A program made the translations under genes and the position numbers. Below, piece by piece: positions 60,582-64,000 of a stretch of 64,000 nt of DNA; the first letter of the stretch is position 1; the number at the start of each line of letters is the position of its first letter. Below the pieces are notes generated by a model, which did not search any database, was not told the origin of the DNA, and was given only the letters and a program-made list of their open reading frames with translations. The stretch is from Hydrolagus colliei. Lineage: Eukaryota. The stretch spans positions 19,840,001 to 19,904,000 of the forward strand of contig CM068751.1 in assembly GCA_035084275.1 (NCBI GenBank), read 5' to 3'.

Positions 60582-61877
60582 ACCAATTGCCTTAATAATC
60601 TACAAAACATTTTTTTTCACCAGAGATTCATCTGGCATCTTTTTAGCCCAATGTGAGCTATATTTGATGGTACTCTAGACATCTACTGACTATCTGTGAG
60701 AAAAATACTTGTGATCTCCAGTGCCAGTTGAGGTTTTCCCCCTGTTCTTTCCCCCCTGATCACAGTTCAAGGCAAGGTACCCTGTTACCTGAATAATATA
60801 TCCATTTAATTAATGCCTTATGAACACTCGTGTTCTTTTAAGGAAAAGACAACTCCTCAACAATCATTAAAAACAAAGCAAAAATCCAGTTTGATTTTTC
60901 AAAAGACGCATATCAGACACCTTTCTAGTTGTTGATATTTTCAGTAGGATTTGTTTGCAACTGATAAGACTCCCTTTGGGTTGTGCGCGATAATTAATAA
61001 GATATTCTATCAACAACTTCAAGCAAAGGTTGATTCCAGCCAATTATTTCCAATATCTGTAAACTCCAGTAGTTGAGCATTACAGAAGAAAAGGATTTGC
61101 TTTATGCTCTTGTGGGTTGAAGACTTGGAAGATTCTAGTGGTGAGTCTACCAGGACCAACCAACCGAAATCCTGTCACCAGCCCAGATGTGGGTTCTCTT
61201 GAGACGTGGCATACACAAGCAAAAGTCTTCCTCTTCAGTTTAGCTGACCAAAATTCCTGCACTTGATTTATTTACCGGCCATGGAATAGACATCCTCAGA
61301 CCTTTGTGAGAAAAGAGACCACTACCACCATCCTTGGCATCGCAATGGAGCTGCGTGTGTAGAAATCAACCCAAATATCTGACTATTGTCACTTTTCTTG
61401 GGCTTTGTAATATTTTTCACACATTCTCATGATCTGGCATATTGCACTTTAGAGCCATTCCGATACTCTTGACAGGCAGGTACTCGATCATAGGCGGGTT
61501 CCAAACCACACGAGGGGTAACAGATTACAAAACCGAGCGGAAATCAAGCAATATATTAAGTAAGGAAGAGAAGTAAAGCTCCATGGTTCAAAATCCTGTA
61601 CCTAAGGCTGTTTGCAAAGCGTTTGAGTGAGAAGAAATGTGGAGCGAATGGGTGTTATGTGACTAACGGCCTTTTCTCGTCCTCTAATTGTGAATATCTG
61701 CGAATCATTCATTTGGTCACGACACTGATGTTAGTAATGTTTGAGATAGGTGCCCCCAAAAGTTGTGTTGGTCGATGAGTAACCTGATCTAACAATAAGA
61801 ACAGATTGAACCATCCCAGTGACAAAGATTAACATAAGCCAACCTTGTTCATGTATGTACTGTCACTGCAATCAATA

Positions 61878-61879
<2 letters not shown>

Positions 61880-61948
<69 letters not shown>
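61880..61948. repeat. Adjacent (TA)n and (CT)n microsatellites
   Basis: Perfect TA run, TTGA spacer, perfect CT run. Confidence 0.93.
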
Positions 61949-61950
<2 letters not shown>

Positions 61951-63624
61951 TCGTAAATACAAATCAGCTCAACTTCTAAACCTTATCTAATTCCCAAAAC
62001 CAGAGAGTAATAAACTGCAGCTCCTGTTCAGAATAATTCCAGCCTGATTTATGTGAGAGATCACATCAGCTACTGTTTTGGACTTGTGCCCACTGTGAAT
62101 ATTTTGATTGCATAACCTCAAGAGTATTTCTTAAAGCCTTTTTTTTTTAACACACACTCCCTGTCTCTTTCCTGAATGCATTCCTTCGGATGCCCAGGCA
62201 CTTTTACTCCTGTTGGCTAAATGAGCTGTCTTCACACATCCTTTATCACATTTACGGATGTACCTCTGATTGCATTAAAGTGAATAATTCAGTCCATTTA
62301 ATTGGACCCAGAGCTCTGAATTGAAGGCCCTTTGAGGTGTCAGAGGTCCTCATCCTTTATTGTACTTTCAGCTGTGCATGTGTTACAGGAAGCAATGGGA
62401 TTGCCCCTGTTGGCAGAAACCATTACCTGCTTCTGGGAGCAGAGTGAGATATGTGTGTGTGTGTGCGATAGAAAAAAAACAACACTTCCTTTAACGCAGA
62501 ATGCGACTTTCCCACTGTCTGCCCTAACCTCCTTTGTCATCTGTTGTTTTTCTCTAAGCTGCTGTTGTCTGGAGGGGAGGAAGAGGTTTCCTTCAGGATG
62601 TTAATTTCAAGGCTGACTAGGTTCTAGTCACAGGGCCTTGCTGGAGGTATCATTCATTGCGTGCCTAACGGCAGCAGGGGATGTTTGTCTCACCTGCAGG
62701 CTATATGGCTGTAGCAACGGGGTTTGGGGAGAGCATTAGGATCTTAAAACCACACCTGGTCCTCCCAGCCTCTTTCTTTTCATTGCTTTTCACGGTTGAG
62801 CTTAAGCATGTTAGAAATGTGTCTATTCTTAACTTTCTTAGAGGAGAGCGACAAAGACATTACGGTAACTCAAACTCAAACGCTATTTTACCCTCCAGCT
62901 CAGTTGTAAATCCAGATCGTTTTGTCTTAATTCTCTCTTCCTTCCTTCCCCATTTATTTATCGCACGGCGGGAAAATAAAATTGGGAGAGTGACAATAGT
63001 CAAGAGTGGATGGGGTCTTAAATAAGTTAATATACATTTAGACATATAAATGACATATTTTACAGGCTTGGTGTATGCCCCCTTTAAATCTACTGGTGAC
63101 CTTTAGTTTAAATTGCAAATTTTGCTTCAGGCTAAGCCTATTCCGGTAGTTACTAATGAAACTCCACTTACTCTCATTGATAAATATACAACATTTAAAA
63201 ATGTTCACTGATGCAATAAGGTTATTAAAATATTGTTACCACTGGGGTTTCAATAATGCAGAAGATTAATACACTCTGTCCTCGTATTAACACAGTTACT
63301 GGGAGCAAGTGCAGTGAGTCCTGCTCTTATTGTAATGCTGTCTATGAGAACCGTGAGCATTTATAGTCCACTCCATTACAGCAAGGTCCCTGTGTGTCTG
63401 TACAAGGTATTAAACCCATATTATAAATATGGCACCCAGTGGTGTGTGCAAGGCATTCCGTCCACAATGTAATGTCGTTCCTGCGGTTGTCTCCAATATT
63501 GGGAACTAAAAAAAAAGAAACTTCAAAGGAGTAATGATCCGCGGTTGTACGAATAAAATAAAGACCAGAGTTGTGGCAATGGCAGTAGGGAAATGGTGTG
63601 AAATAAATCAATCAATATATAAAT

Positions 63625-63947
63625 AAATGGAGGATTGTTGGCCAGAACACTGGGCGAAACTTCCCTCTCCTTCCCCCTCCAAGATGGCAAGGAAAGGTAC
63701 TATGTAAATGCGAGTGGTTCTTCTCTTTTTGAATTGTGTTATGGGATCTCTAATGTCCACCGGATCAAGCAGCCAACAACCTCAGTTTAATGTCTCGTCT
63801 GAAGGTTGGCACCTCCAACATTATAGCATTTCCCCCATCGCTGCACTGGAGTGTCAGCCTTGACCATGAGCCCCAAAGCCCCCAAAATGGTACTTGAACC
63901 CACTATAATCCTGACTCACAGGTGAGAGTGCTACCGACTGAGTCAGG
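63625..63947 (-). mobile_element. Old tRNA-headed DeuSINE (SacSINE1/AmnSINE1-like), 5' two-thirds
   Basis: GTTGGCCAGAACAC...ATGGGATCTCTAATGTCCACC...CCTCAGTTTAATGTCTCGTCTGAAGGTTGGCACCTCCAACA...CTGCACTGGAGTGTCAGCC...TTGAACCCAC...TGACTCACAGGTGAGAGTGCTACCGACTGAG. Confidence 0.85.
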
Positions 63948-64000
63948 TGCACAGTATTCTCCTGTCACTTGGTGACGGAAAGGAGAGCGACAGCAAGGTC

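Overview
Non-coding vertebrate DNA: a large intron or gene desert with no recognisable protein-coding exon, rRNA, true tRNA gene or CRISPR array. The ORF track consists of repeat-derived or chance ORFs. The repeat content points to a cartilaginous fish, probably a chimaera such as Callorhinchus (inferred from recalled repeat families, not from a search). The dominant element is a young ~330-bp tRNA(Val)-headed SINE ending in (ATT)n, with eight near-full-length copies and many 3' fragments. Also present are older DeuSINE (SacSINE1/AmnSINE1-like) and LF-SINE-like copies, 5'-truncated L2 ends with (GTT)n tails, CR1 fragments, two copies of a Tc1/mariner (Tigger-like) MITE, microsatellites, G/C tracts and a 284-N assembly gap. 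Several repeat-free blocks rich in homeodomain motifs look like conserved non-coding enhancers. I do not see a convincing new biological system. The best leads are the chimeric SINE with its L2-shared 3' stem-loop, nested insertions that order the elements in time, a strong SINE strand bias that breaks down near 45 kb, and the candidate enhancers. Coordinates were read by eye and may be off by a few bases, more for old elements.
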